Part shown: positions 13,401 to 26,656 of the stretch, piece after piece
Position numbering within the stretch: the stretch's first letter is position 1
How the letters are laid out: each line of letters opens with the position of its first letter
Origin: Microbotryum violaceum
Taxonomy: Eukaryota
Assembly (NCBI GenBank): GCA_001244265.2
Contig: CDLV01000016.1
Coordinates: 496,001 to 560,000 of the forward strand
Length of the DNA: 64,000 nt
Direction of reading: 5' to 3'
Program-made: the position numbers and the translations under genes
Notes under the pieces: model-generated
The model's input: only the letters and a program-made list of their open reading frames with translations
What the model was told of the DNA's origin: nothing
The model's database searches: none

Positions 13401-16400
13401 CGATTGACGACCGGCTAGTCGAAGGCAATTTGGGATGGCCTACCGACGCTCACAACACCTACCTTCACGACAATTGGGTGTTGCTCGCCACGGTCTGCTA
13501 TTCGCCAAGCGCTCGTCGCTGGTTTCCGACGCTCCTGTACTCCGTCGGCAACCACGAGCGATCGGGCTTCTACCGCCGACACATTCCAGATTCTTGACGA
13601 TGCCAATTATAGCGTGGAGGACATCGTCACCGGAGTCACATTTGTTGTCGATTATTCAAGCGCGCAGATTTCGGGTCTTCGCCAAGCCATTTCGGATTGG
13701 TACGTGGCACGCAAGACCGCAGATGTGGGACGCTTGAACGTCACACCCAATCAGGTGTCACAGTGGACTGCAGAGGCTATTCAGATTGGCGAGAAGGCGG
13801 CAAGCGGGTGCGCCTTTCACTTCATTGAGCAGGTCAGGAGGTTCGGGGTCCGACATCTCAGTACGCAAACGGAGCGCGAACGATTTGCAATGCTGGTCAA
13901 CACCATGCGCAACGCGAAGTCCCATGCATCGATTGAGTCCATAGCAAAGCGCACAATCGACGAGTTTCCTGTGTCAGAGAATTGGATCAAATGGTGGACA
14001 CGACCGGCGATTCGAAATGTGGTATTCAAGGAACTCAATGGATCCGCAGAAAGATGCGTGGCTACCACAACAAATGCGGTGGAATCTTCCCACTGGCTCC
14101 TAATCCATTCATGTGGTGGCGAACGCTTTGGACCGGTGGAAGGGGTGATGCGACTTATCGACTTCGCGAAAATGACAGACCGAATTGAAAGTCATGCGAC
14201 CGGTAAGGCCCTGGCATAGCGTTACCACCAGCCCATTATCCTCATCTAAAACCATTCTCGCCTTTGCTTTGAAAGCAGACGGCTATGTCAGGAGTTCCAC
14301 TTATCACGAGCAAGGCAACGTCCGCGCTCATATCAAAAAGATCAAGTCACGCAATCGGGTACCTTCATCCTACGTCAGTGACGCCAACATGCCTGAGCCT
14401 TCGATCTCGTTCGCTGCACCTGCTCGTCTAGCTGGCATCGGGTTTTCTGAGTCACCACAAGGACCTTCAGACCTGTCAAAGGGTCCTGCAACACCACCAC
14501 TGAGCGAATCAACCAAATTACCTCCTTCCACGTCAAATCGTTCCCGGCAGCAACCAAAGAACCGGTCAAGGCAGGGCAATGAGCCCACTGCGCAGTCGAT
14601 GGCCTCCAAAAAGGGCTCAACACGTGTTGATTACCCCCACAAGCGCAAGATTCCTGACCCGCCGTCTGACGAGCATAGTTCGAGCGAATCATCAGACGAC
14701 GTTGGATTGACGCCCTCAATTCATTGCAATTCATCCGAGGCCATTCCCCCGACGGATCGCTCCATCAAGCTCCATCAAACGTCCAATTCCAAATTGAAAG
14801 GTAGTCCTCCCCGCTCAGATTTCAGCGGCCCATCGCGACGAGTCCCCGTTGTCCCTATGGCTGTGAGGGCGCTCAATGAAGAAACGGAGTTGTCCCAAAT
14901 ACGTACGCCTCCGCCCCAGACTGTTGACTGAGTGCAGAGGCGCTGAGGCCTGGCTGACGGAAATCCTGCTCTGATTTATCCTCCGTCTCACAGTTCTTGC
15001 GCAGCACAATGCACGAAATTTGGAAGCCCCCAGTGGTCGAAAATACCGGATACCTCGAAAACGATTGGCCTTCCTCTTGTTGGAACCTGAATCACAATCG
15101 GAGGCAAAGAGGACATGTACGTCCGTATTCGACATTCCCCTGTCCCTGGTTGCGCCCAAGTCGGAGTTGGCGCCATCGAAATCTGCAAGAAAGGTAGAAA
15201 TCGCCACGCCAAAACCTGCTTCGACGTCGACGTCGCTCGAGCGCACCAGTGACAAGCTCCCAGAGGACTCTAGATCTGCACCAAGGGTAAAATTCGCTCC
15301 GCCCAAGACATCGACGTCGACATCGCTCGGTAGCACGATTGTGCAGCTCCACGCAGACTTCTGGCTTCGATCAGGTGAAGACGGGCCAGCCGTCATTATC
15401 CAAGGCCCGTGGAGCGATAATTCTTGCTGGATTGACTCAACGCTTATCGCATTGCTCTCGGTCGCCAACGGATTGGAACCATGGCTGCAGTGTCTGGATA
15501 TCCTTAACACCCATACGGCCTACGTGATTCCTCCACTTGGCGATGAGATGGTGTTGAGGCTCCGCCCTCGATATTTGGCACTCGAGCTATGGGATGCGAT
15601 TCGCGAATACACAGCATTGGCTCGAAAGTTTGATATGAAACCGGCGGCGACCGCCATTGAAGCATACACACAATTACGAGAACGGATGATTTCCACTGTG
15701 GTTGGGATGTCGAAAGAGCGCGGAAGCCATTTTACAACTCCATTTAAGCGGGGAGTTATAGTAGCCCAGTAGTCAGTCAATCACTTAGCGAACCCCGCCC
15801 TCCCAAGACGATTAAAACTGGACGCTGATCATCACTTTTTTCGGCAGACCTGGCTCGAGACACTTCACTCGTTCACCGTCGATCATCCGGTTCTGCCAAG
15901 CGCTGTCACGTTGAATGATCCCGACCGAACTCTCGTCGAATTACATCTTCAACAAGCCGGGTATTGCACTGCCTGCAACTGCATTCAGATTGAGGTGTCC
16001 CCAAGACGACAATTTGTGGTTGACTGGCCCCTTCTCATCTCAAGTCTCCACCTGCCTTCGCATTCGCTGGAAACGTTGTCGGACGTCCTCGCCTCAATCG
16101 TTGGGCAACCGTTGAAATTGTACACAGAGGCAAAGAACTCAGGCCGTCGGCATCACAAGCGCAATTGCCCCGGAGGCTCTTACGTGCAATTCGTTTCAAT
16201 CACCTCGCTCCCCCGTGTGATTGTGATCAACATCAACAATATTTACCCGGAACATCCACTGACCCCAGCTGAGCTACGCTTCGGTGTTTCGGACCAAATG
16301 CCAGAGATGGTCTGGCGCCTTCGGTCAGGAGTGTACAACATCAACAATTCACATTTCGTTACGAACGAGACGGTTGGATAGGGCCAAGAGGCCGCATGCT

Positions 16401-16732
16401 ATCATTTCGACGCAATCAAAGGCTCTCTCGCTAGGCCGATAGGGGACAGGAACGCTGGCGGATTAGTTTCCGTTCTTTTCTACGAGCTAGAAGAGGAGTC
16501 ATTGAACTTCTTGCAAGCCTTCAACCTAATGCTAACGCGGCAGTGGCACGAAATGTGGAGTCTATACCATGAGCCCTCCGATCCTACCGATATCCGCATT
16601 AAAGTGTCAAGTCTACCACCCAAAGGGACTCTTGAAGAAGGACAAGGTGTCTGGAAGATGGAAGATGCGTCGGCTTTTTTTCATGAATGCGAGATAGTGA
16701 GTGTCGGGAACGCCAAAAAAGCAGATCAATAG
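10430..16732 (+). pseudogene. MULE transposase with a GCM-like Zn domain and a C-terminal USP-like (peptidase C19-type) protease domain; spliced and disrupted
   Basis: GCM-like: RCMGVFVCC...CP...CPITSCNG...C...HSGYHLHP. MULE core: TDAH, VVDYSSAQ, GCAFHF, TTNAVESSH. USP-like: DNSCWIDS, LPRVIVINI, GVYNINNSHF, YHFDA, VLFYE. In-frame stops at 12524, 12635 and 16379, and a frame break near 13600. Exon boundaries are approximate. Confidence 0.75.
11317..11476. repeat. Two-copy direct repeat of about 72 bp inside the MULE
   Basis: aatcactYgttcctcRactatcggttctgacactgcgctgcg...ctaccgctgccacctMtataggt occurs at about 11317 and about 11405. Confidence 0.85.
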
Positions 16733-17694
16733 AGCTGACGATGCTCTCCTCTTACAATGTTTTCCAGCGGTGCAGTGCTCCTGGAGGAAATCACAGTGGG
16801 GAACATTCATGTTGATGGCAAGTTTGACTCACAAAGTTGTGCCCCAGTGGTCCAGTGAAGTTTTGGCCTTGTCAATCACTAATGTAGTGTACAGTAGGGG
16901 CTATGATAGCGGTCAGCAATAGTATGTATAACTAAACTTAGTGCAAAAATGGGCATGGCGATACTTTGACAACCACTGGTGTGCGGAAAGAGTCAATTAT
17001 TCACCAGCAGCAGCCAGTGCTCTTTGCGCGCGAGCGTATCCTTACGCATGTCACGTGCGCGCGCGGGCGTATCCTTACACATGTCGACACATGTAAGGAT
17101 ACGAGGGTGCGGTAAGGATACGGGAGGTGCGGTAAGGACACAGAGATTTTGAATCACTACAAGTCTTGCAATAGACATGCTATCATGTAGTCCTTGCAGA
17201 CACCATTCAGAAATAGTTATATGTTGATGTTACAATATCAAGATGAACAGATTTGGTTGTGTATTGACCTTAACTCATGTGTAAGGATATATCCTTACAT
17301 GTATACAAGCCGCTCGCGCGCGCGGTCTAGGCTGTAACTTTGAATGTATGCCTGAGGTGTCGAAGCGCTATATTTCAAACTGTGGTGATTTTTGAAGCCG
17401 ACTCCGTCTCCAGAGTTCCGACTCAGCTTGCAGTGACCTGTCACCTTTCTACACCGATAACGAGCCAAGTGTAGCGATACAGCGATAGTCCCAGCCCAAG
17501 ATGCAACATATCTTGACTCAGCCGAGAGTGCTTTGAGCTTCACTGGACTCGTGGTCGAACTTCAAGAAGACAGACAGCCATGCAGCATTGAAGTTGTCAG
17601 ACGCCGAGTTCCGACTCCGACGTGAGGAATTGAGGTGACCGACGACGTGGCCCGTGTGCTTCCTGCTCGCGGGCTCTCGCGGGGTCGTCCCGCT

Positions 17695-19078
17695 AGGATC
17701 CCCGAAAGCCCGGCCTGAGGCGCGTAGCGCCCGACTGGACAAATTTGGGGCCTCAGATGGGCCAAAATCGCCAAGGCGCGTAGTCGGGGGTGGACAAATC
17801 ATGGTGCGCCGGTGTGGGTGGGGTCCTAGGCCCGTAGGTTTCAGTGGACAAATCGGGACCCATTTCGGCCACGTTCGGCTTGGAAAGCCAAAGTTTGCCG
17901 ACCCTCAAGAGCAGCGGAGCGCGCGCAAAACGTTCCGGGCTGTACCGAATTCACAACAACGGCTCTAATTGATGGATATTTTGCACTTCCAACATTTATT
18001 CTTACAGATCTACAATTAATTTGATCGACTTGCTTTTAACCTTCGGTTTTCATGAATTATAACCTCTTGGCTAGTTGAACGAAGTGTTTGAAAATCTGAA
18101 CGTTTGAGTGCGCGCATCTCTGGCCTTCCCCGCCACGTCGCGTCAACGTCGTCTGTGCCATCATCGCCAATATCCTACATTCTCGGCACGGCTTGCTTTG
18201 ACGAAACGTAGAGGTCCGGATATCGATCTCTTTGACGATGATTTTGAGCGAATGGCACCCCTCTTGGACGTGAGGGTATCTGAGCTTTTCGCCTCCAGCT
18301 TTGACAAACCAGCCAATGCATCCGGATTCAGCTTAAACAGCTTTCATGGTCGACAGACGAGCCTCTCGAGTTTGAATCCCTTGCTAGGCCGCTCGATACT
18401 TTGAGGGACAAGTTGAAGATCGTGGAGCAATCCTTGCGGCATGTAGGCAAGGCCACCCGTCTATCATTATTGGCTGCCTTTCGACGTCGAATCTGGCGGC
18501 ATATGGATCACGCTGAGCGCATGCGTTCGGTTGTTCTCAGTAGCCAAGAGTTGGTGAAGTTATCCGCGTGTCGGAATCGAAGATCAACGTCCCTTCGTTA
18601 GAGCTCTGGAGGTGATGCCGTCACTGCTCGTTGAGGAGCAATTACCCCCTCAATGAACCTGGGGTTCGTAGATCTCTCTGTAGCTAGCTTACTGCTTTAC
18701 AGAGTGACTGCAATCGCTCTTACCTCTCGTGGTACGTTACATATATACTATGGCCATGCTAGATCATAGGCAAAGAGGCAGGCAGTAAGTGCAGGTGAGG
18801 AGCCCTCGGCGAAGCAGAACCGAAACGACTGACGCGCGCGCGGGCTCCGCCGATTCGGCCGAGCGAAAAACGTCCGGACGGCGTTTTCGCGATTTTTGGA
18901 GATGTTTTAGAGCATTTGAAGCGAATCTAGAGCTATTTTTTGAGGCGCGTAGATGGACTGGACATTTTGGGGACTTTTTTGGGCGAAAATTCCAAAAAAT
19001 GTTGGACAAATGAGGTCCAAAATCGGCGATTTTCACGAATTTTACCTACGCGCCTCAGGCTGGGCTTTCATGGGTCCT
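17695..19078. mobile_element. Non-autonomous TIR element (1.38 kb), immediately upstream of CYP51
   Basis: TIRs aggatccccgaaagcccggcctgaggcgcgtag and ctacgcgcctcaggctgggctttcatgggtcct. Perfect 8-bp TSD gtcccgct (17687-17694 and 19079-19086). No recognisable ORF. Confidence 0.88.
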
Positions 19079-19301
19079 GTCCCGCTGCGCGCTCCAGTCG
19101 CGGCCAATCGCAGCCAATCGCCTGATCTCGTGCGATCCACAACCGCGTCGATCTGCCTGGCGCGACCTTTGCTTCCTTCCATACATTCTCTCGCACTCGC
19201 ACTCGCTCTCGCTCTTCCGGCCGTTCGCTCCCGTGTCCCCTCCAGGTATATCTTTGACCCTTGTGGACGATTGGAAAGCCGCGCAACAACGCCTTTTCAG
19301 C

Positions 19302-21905
<2,604 letters not shown>

Positions 21906-22777
21906 TTGAGAACCATAATAATTGTGATGCGACGAGCGAGGCCGAAACTTCCTTAGCTCACTAACACCACTACTACCCCTATGAACCCTGTAATATTGTC
22001 CCGACTCTTTATCCGGTGCCATGTTCGATCTCGAGAGCCGGTCAGTCCGTCGAACTGAGGCCCTCACCGGCCTCATCCTATCGCTTGGTGCGGCAGCGTT
22101 CGGCAGCACTCGGCAGCAGCGAAGAGCGGCGCTCGGCGCCAAGGGTGTCTCAGGGCAGAAATTAGCCTTGATAGCTTGATCGATTCGAGCGGTGCGGTGT
22201 TCGCCCCCCTCCTTTCCCCGGGTAACTTGCGCTCTCGACACTCGAGCGACGAGGCCGAACAAGCCAAGAACTACTTGAACGCTGCTGATCTTGATCAAGC
22301 TCAGCCACCATCAAACGTGTCATTCTCAGTCTAGGGGAGTTCAAGTTTTCAAGATCTCCGCTCGGCTCCATCCTCCCGTGGCCCGTCCCCGCCGCCTACC
22401 CACAGGCTATAGCTACGCGCCCTCCCCTCTATCGCGACCGATCACCCCCGTTCCGCACGGCAACAAGTCGCCTGTTCCGACCTTGTGTATTGCGGTGTCA
22501 CTACCGCATCGGAAAGGCCACTATCCGCGCCCCTGGTTCGCGCTCTATCGTCACCGATAACACTGCCATCTAGCTGGCGCGGCCCCCACTTGCTCGCTAG
22601 CGTGGACCTTGGTTAGTACCTACTTACCCAGCGTGACTGGTCCACCTGAGGCACCTAGCATTGCTCTAATAGCCATCCATTGTGCGCCTCGGTAGGTCCA
22701 ACCCTGCGACTGACCAGCAACTTGCCTGTTCACTGGTCCAGCAGTTACCTCCCATCCGCCGTTCCGACACACGTGCC

Positions 22778-23957
22778 ATGTCGGCCGAGCTCCCCGGTGC
22801 CCGCAGCGGCGCTCTGACCGTTCCTGGAGCCGCTGCCCGCCCGCGCTCGAATTCACTCTCGATGGCCACTGATTTCTCCACGTCAAGCTTCTCACCCCAG
22901 GGTCAACACGCTTTGCTCTTGCCCATACCCGTGTCAAGCTCGAGCGCCAGCTCGGATGCGAATCCAGCCTCTCCGCGAATGGCCGCGCTTTCGCCGCCGA
23001 CTTACCCACTTTCGGCCTCTTTGCGGGCATTCTCCACCTTGACACTCGGTCCCCCGACCACGCTCGACTCGGAAGAGTTTCAAAAGGCGCTGAGCCATGC
23101 GAGACGGGCATCCTTTTCGAATTCGGGCGCCGGGCCAATTGTTGTGTCGGACGAGACTGCCTCAAACGTTCCCGGGATGAGCGGAAGCCCGACCAGCTCG
23201 GCGTTCTCAGACCAGCTTCCGACGCCCTCGTCCTCGCCTCAGCAGACCCCCGCCAAGTCCAACGTTGGCGTAGGCATTGGAGCCAAGGTAAAGGTTGCCT
23301 CGATCAAAGCGAGTGGTCTCGGAGGGGTTTGTGAGAAGGACGAGTTGGCACTCGCGGCTGACGAGGAAGATGAGGATGCAGTGGATCCAAGATCAGCTGC
23401 GGCCTTGTCCTCGTCTGCCTTGTTTGCGGACGGAGCAAGATGGGGATGGCCACAAACCTCGAAGTCTGGCAACTCGTCGCAATCTGGTGCAGCGGTAACC
23501 TCTCCACCGACTGCTGCCGTTTCACACACGCGCAGAGCCAGCGGTCCAACACTCATACCACTCGGCAAAGTAGTGTCCGCCGGGGCTGGTCCCCCTCCCA
23601 CACCCACCTCAGCTTCTAACGGTCTCGGCTTGTTCCGGCGATTGAGCGTAGGCGGATTTGGAAGCAAGGTAAGTCGGACGCGCGCATAGAGGCACCCAGC
23701 GTCTCCTACGGTGTCTGTGGGGTTTGTTTGCTTACGCGTGGATCCGTGAATCACAGCCAAAAGCGCCTTCGCCGCCAACGAGTGCAGCCCCTCTCCCTTC
23801 AGCTGTGGCCGCAGCGGCTACTAGTCTTACACTGGCGGACGCACGGTCTTCGCCAAGGGATGACTCGCGAGGTAGAAAAAAATTGGGACCGTCCAAGTCG
23901 ACTAAGCGCAACATCTCGCCCTTCGGCGAACGCATGTTACACGGAATGCACCATTAG
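22778..23957 (+). CDS. Ser/Pro/Ala-rich hypothetical protein (at least 2 exons; start uncertain)
   Basis: Long ORF 22682-23689 with a GTAAGT donor near 23670 joins an exon ending RNISPFGERMLHGMHH. Low complexity, with RRxS motifs. Confidence 0.6.
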
Positions 23958-24310
23958 AGATGCAGCATAGCAACGCTCTACCCGTATCTCGTCTCGAGTT
24001 GTTCAGATCTCGACTCTGATGTATTATGTTTGTTCCCTTTGCTGGTCAATCCTGTCAGGTATTGTTTCAGACTAAGCTCTTTTATACTTGTCATTTCTTC
24101 CGGGTACCTCCACATAAATTTTCTCTATTGCGCGACTCCCTGATCTGTTGTATCATGATTTGTTGTGTTTACACACTTTGGCCTGTATGATCCGCTCCTA
24201 GTACTCTGCTTGCCTCGCCGTTCGCACTGGGGACCCCGCACTGCGTACTGAGCTTCGAGGGTTGGTAGGTACCGAGTGTTCCACATGCTCCGCCCTCCCA
24301 AGACACTCAC

Positions 24311-26343
24311 TCATCCTCGGTAGTACCCAGGGGTAATCCAGGGCATCGAGGTTACCTCGGCCTTGCGCATTCTATTGCGCACTTGGACCAGAACTTGGGC
24401 TCCCTTCGTGTTGAGACCAGATTCCGTCTGAATAAAGCCCATTGAAATATTCTGGCCGACCGTTGGAGCGGGCAAGCCCGAAGTCACCACGCCGATTTCG
24501 GTGTTGCCGTCCGGCGTGAAGATTTTGGCGCCCTCTACGTGTTCTCTTGTCCGAGGTTAGGCAATACTCTACAAGAAACTGAAAGGTTCCATCCCAACCG
24601 CTCACCTCGGGCTGGTGGGCCTTTCTCAACAACGAGGCCAACGCGTTTCCGCTTGGTCCCACCCTTCTTCAGCTCAGCCAAAGTCCGTTCGGATCCAATG
24701 AACGAGCCGGGCTCACGACGATCACGCCCTGCGTACTTGCTACGCGTCAGCTGGGGTCCTCGGTTGGCGAGCCACCGACACACTCACCAACTACCCAGCC
24801 CAGCCCAGCCTCGCCAACCCCAACGGATTCATCCAAATCGTGACCGTATAGGCAAAGGCCCGCCTCGAGCCTGAGGCTGTCTCGGCACGCCAGCCCGGCA
24901 AGCTTCACCTCGGGTTGTTCCAAAAGCATCTCCGCAAAGGAGTCGACCTGTGATGTTTTGGGGACCGCTATTTCGAAGCCATCCTCCCCTGTGTAACCTG
25001 CGCGCGTGACGTGTAATGCCTCGTTCGAAAGCGACGGGATGGGGATGAAAGCCGAAGACGCGAACTGAAGCGCAGACTGGAGGGAGTAATCTTTGGGAAC
25101 GAGGCGTTGCAAGGCTTCGAACGCCTTGGGACCTTTGCCGGTTTGAATTCGTCAAAGCTGCTGTCAGCGAGGCGCTCGAGCTTCACGCACGAACAATTTT
25201 TGGCCCGAGGCTCACCTTGCAGAGCAATGAGACCAGCGTCTCGCAATATGTTCATCTCTACCTTATCGGCGTGATTTTCGTTCCACGTCTTGAGATTGGA
25301 TTCGATCCAGGTCATATCCCTATCGGCGCGCCCTGCGTTGGTGACAAGATAGAAGCTGCCACGATACACGACACCGGAAGCTTTATTAGCTGGGTCGGCA
25401 GTGACGATCTGCACAAGTCAGAGAGCCGCAGTCGCTGTGTCTACCTGTTCTCGCCCCAGCGCGTGACCATGCAGTCGTCGATGATGCCGCCCTCGGGGTT
25501 GAGTAGGACACTCAAGGTGGAGCGCATCACGCCGTTATCCGCCTTGGGTATGGGCAACGACGCAAGCGAGGCGGGAAGAAGGTGGGACAAAAAGGCCAGC
25601 GCGCCGGAACCAGTATAGCTGCCAGTCAGCCGGCGACGACGTTCGTCAGTTCGTCAGCTCGGGAGTCGTACCTCACTGCCTAGAAGCGCGTGCGTAGCAA
25701 GACCGAACTCACGTCGATTGGACCATGTGTCCAACATCAAAGAGACCCGCCGATTTGCGTACTTGGTGATGCTCAGCGACTGTACGGGCATTCATAACGG
25801 TGCTAGCACCCGGTTCAGCAAGATGGATGGGCGAAAATTGTGGCTATGGGGGGGGGGGGGGGGAGGGTTGCTTTCGTGGCCGGCTTCAAGCGACCAGTCC
25901 GCCATGAAGAACAGCGCGTGGCAACCGATTAGCATACACAGTGGCACATCCAATGGCGCGTAATAGCGTGATATAGTGCGATAGGCGGCTGTCTGGGGGG
26001 TCGATGCTGAGCAGAGGAGGGCGGAGAAAGAAGGGGCACTGACCGGGTCCACCGGCGATCGTCTCTGTCGCCTGGCCCGCATAATGCAGCGGCATGCCCC
26101 ATCCTGCGAACTCCACGATCCTTCCCTGGTGTCTGACATGGAAATCGTACAGTGGGGTGCGAGAATGGAGCTGCGGCGGTGATCAGGGCGGAACGGACAT
26201 ATGAGCAGACGTCCGAAAGGTGCGATGCGTTTGTAACGGACCGAGGAAGACGTTGTACTGAGTGATCTGTAAGCGAAGACGTTGGTGCTGGCGGCCGAGA
26301 TCGCCTTCAAGCGAGCGAACGTGACGGAGATAAGCGATGCCAT
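24311..26343 (-). CDS. GCV1: Glycine cleavage system T protein (aminomethyltransferase), mitochondrial (multi-exon)
   Basis: Basic Ser-rich presequence; [79 protein letters not shown]-terminus [11 protein letters not shown]. Confidence 0.95.
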
Positions 26344-26431
26344 GCGTTCCTGAGACGGTGCAGCAGGGTGGTAAACAGAGGTAGCGGCGGGTAGCGGGAG
26401 CGAGTCTTGCCTCAGACACCCACGACCGACG

Positions 26432-26545
26432 CGCCTGCCCGAGCCTGCCTGCCCGAGCCTGCTGCCCGAGCCTGCCTGCCCGAGCCTGCCTGCCCGAGCC
26501 TGCCTGCCCGAGCCTGCCTGCCCGCCCCCTGGCGCCTGCCCGAGC
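26432..26545. repeat. 14-bp minisatellite (cctgcctgcccgag)n in the GCV1/DSS1 divergent intergenic region
   Basis: About 6-7 tandem copies with small deletions, inside the roughly 310-bp head-to-head spacer. Confidence 0.9.
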
Positions 26546-26656
26546 AGTTGTTCACCGGTTCAGCCGGGCTCGCGCAGGCTGCTTCGCCTTCGCAGACTTG
26601 TCGGGAGCTATCGATCGCCTCGACAGACTCGACAGGCATCGAATACAAGCGGTCGC

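Larger units (their letters stand above)
9930..17312 (+). mobile_element. Mutator-like (MULE) DNA transposon, 7.4 kb, with TIRs of about 290 bp
   Basis: Near-perfect long inverted repeats at 9930-10216 and 17025-17312, with internal 33-bp subrepeats (gtaaggatacgcccgcgcgcgcacgtgacat). 9-bp TSD ctcgcgcgc (9921-9929 and 17313-17321). Removing the element restores the KDZ-A TIR. Confidence 0.92.
2395..17359 (-). mobile_element. KDZ (Kyakuja-like) DNA transposon A, decayed; right TIR interrupted by a solo LTR and a Mutator element
   Basis: The left TIR starts CACCTCAGG at 2395 (about 140 bp). Its inverted copy lies in pieces at about 9560-9574, 9841-9929 and 17322-17359 (ending CCTGAGGTG). Flanks tcgaaacg (2387-2394) and tcgaagcg (17360-17367) form an 8-bp TSD with one mismatch. 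Contains KDZ transposase remnants. Confidence 0.88.
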
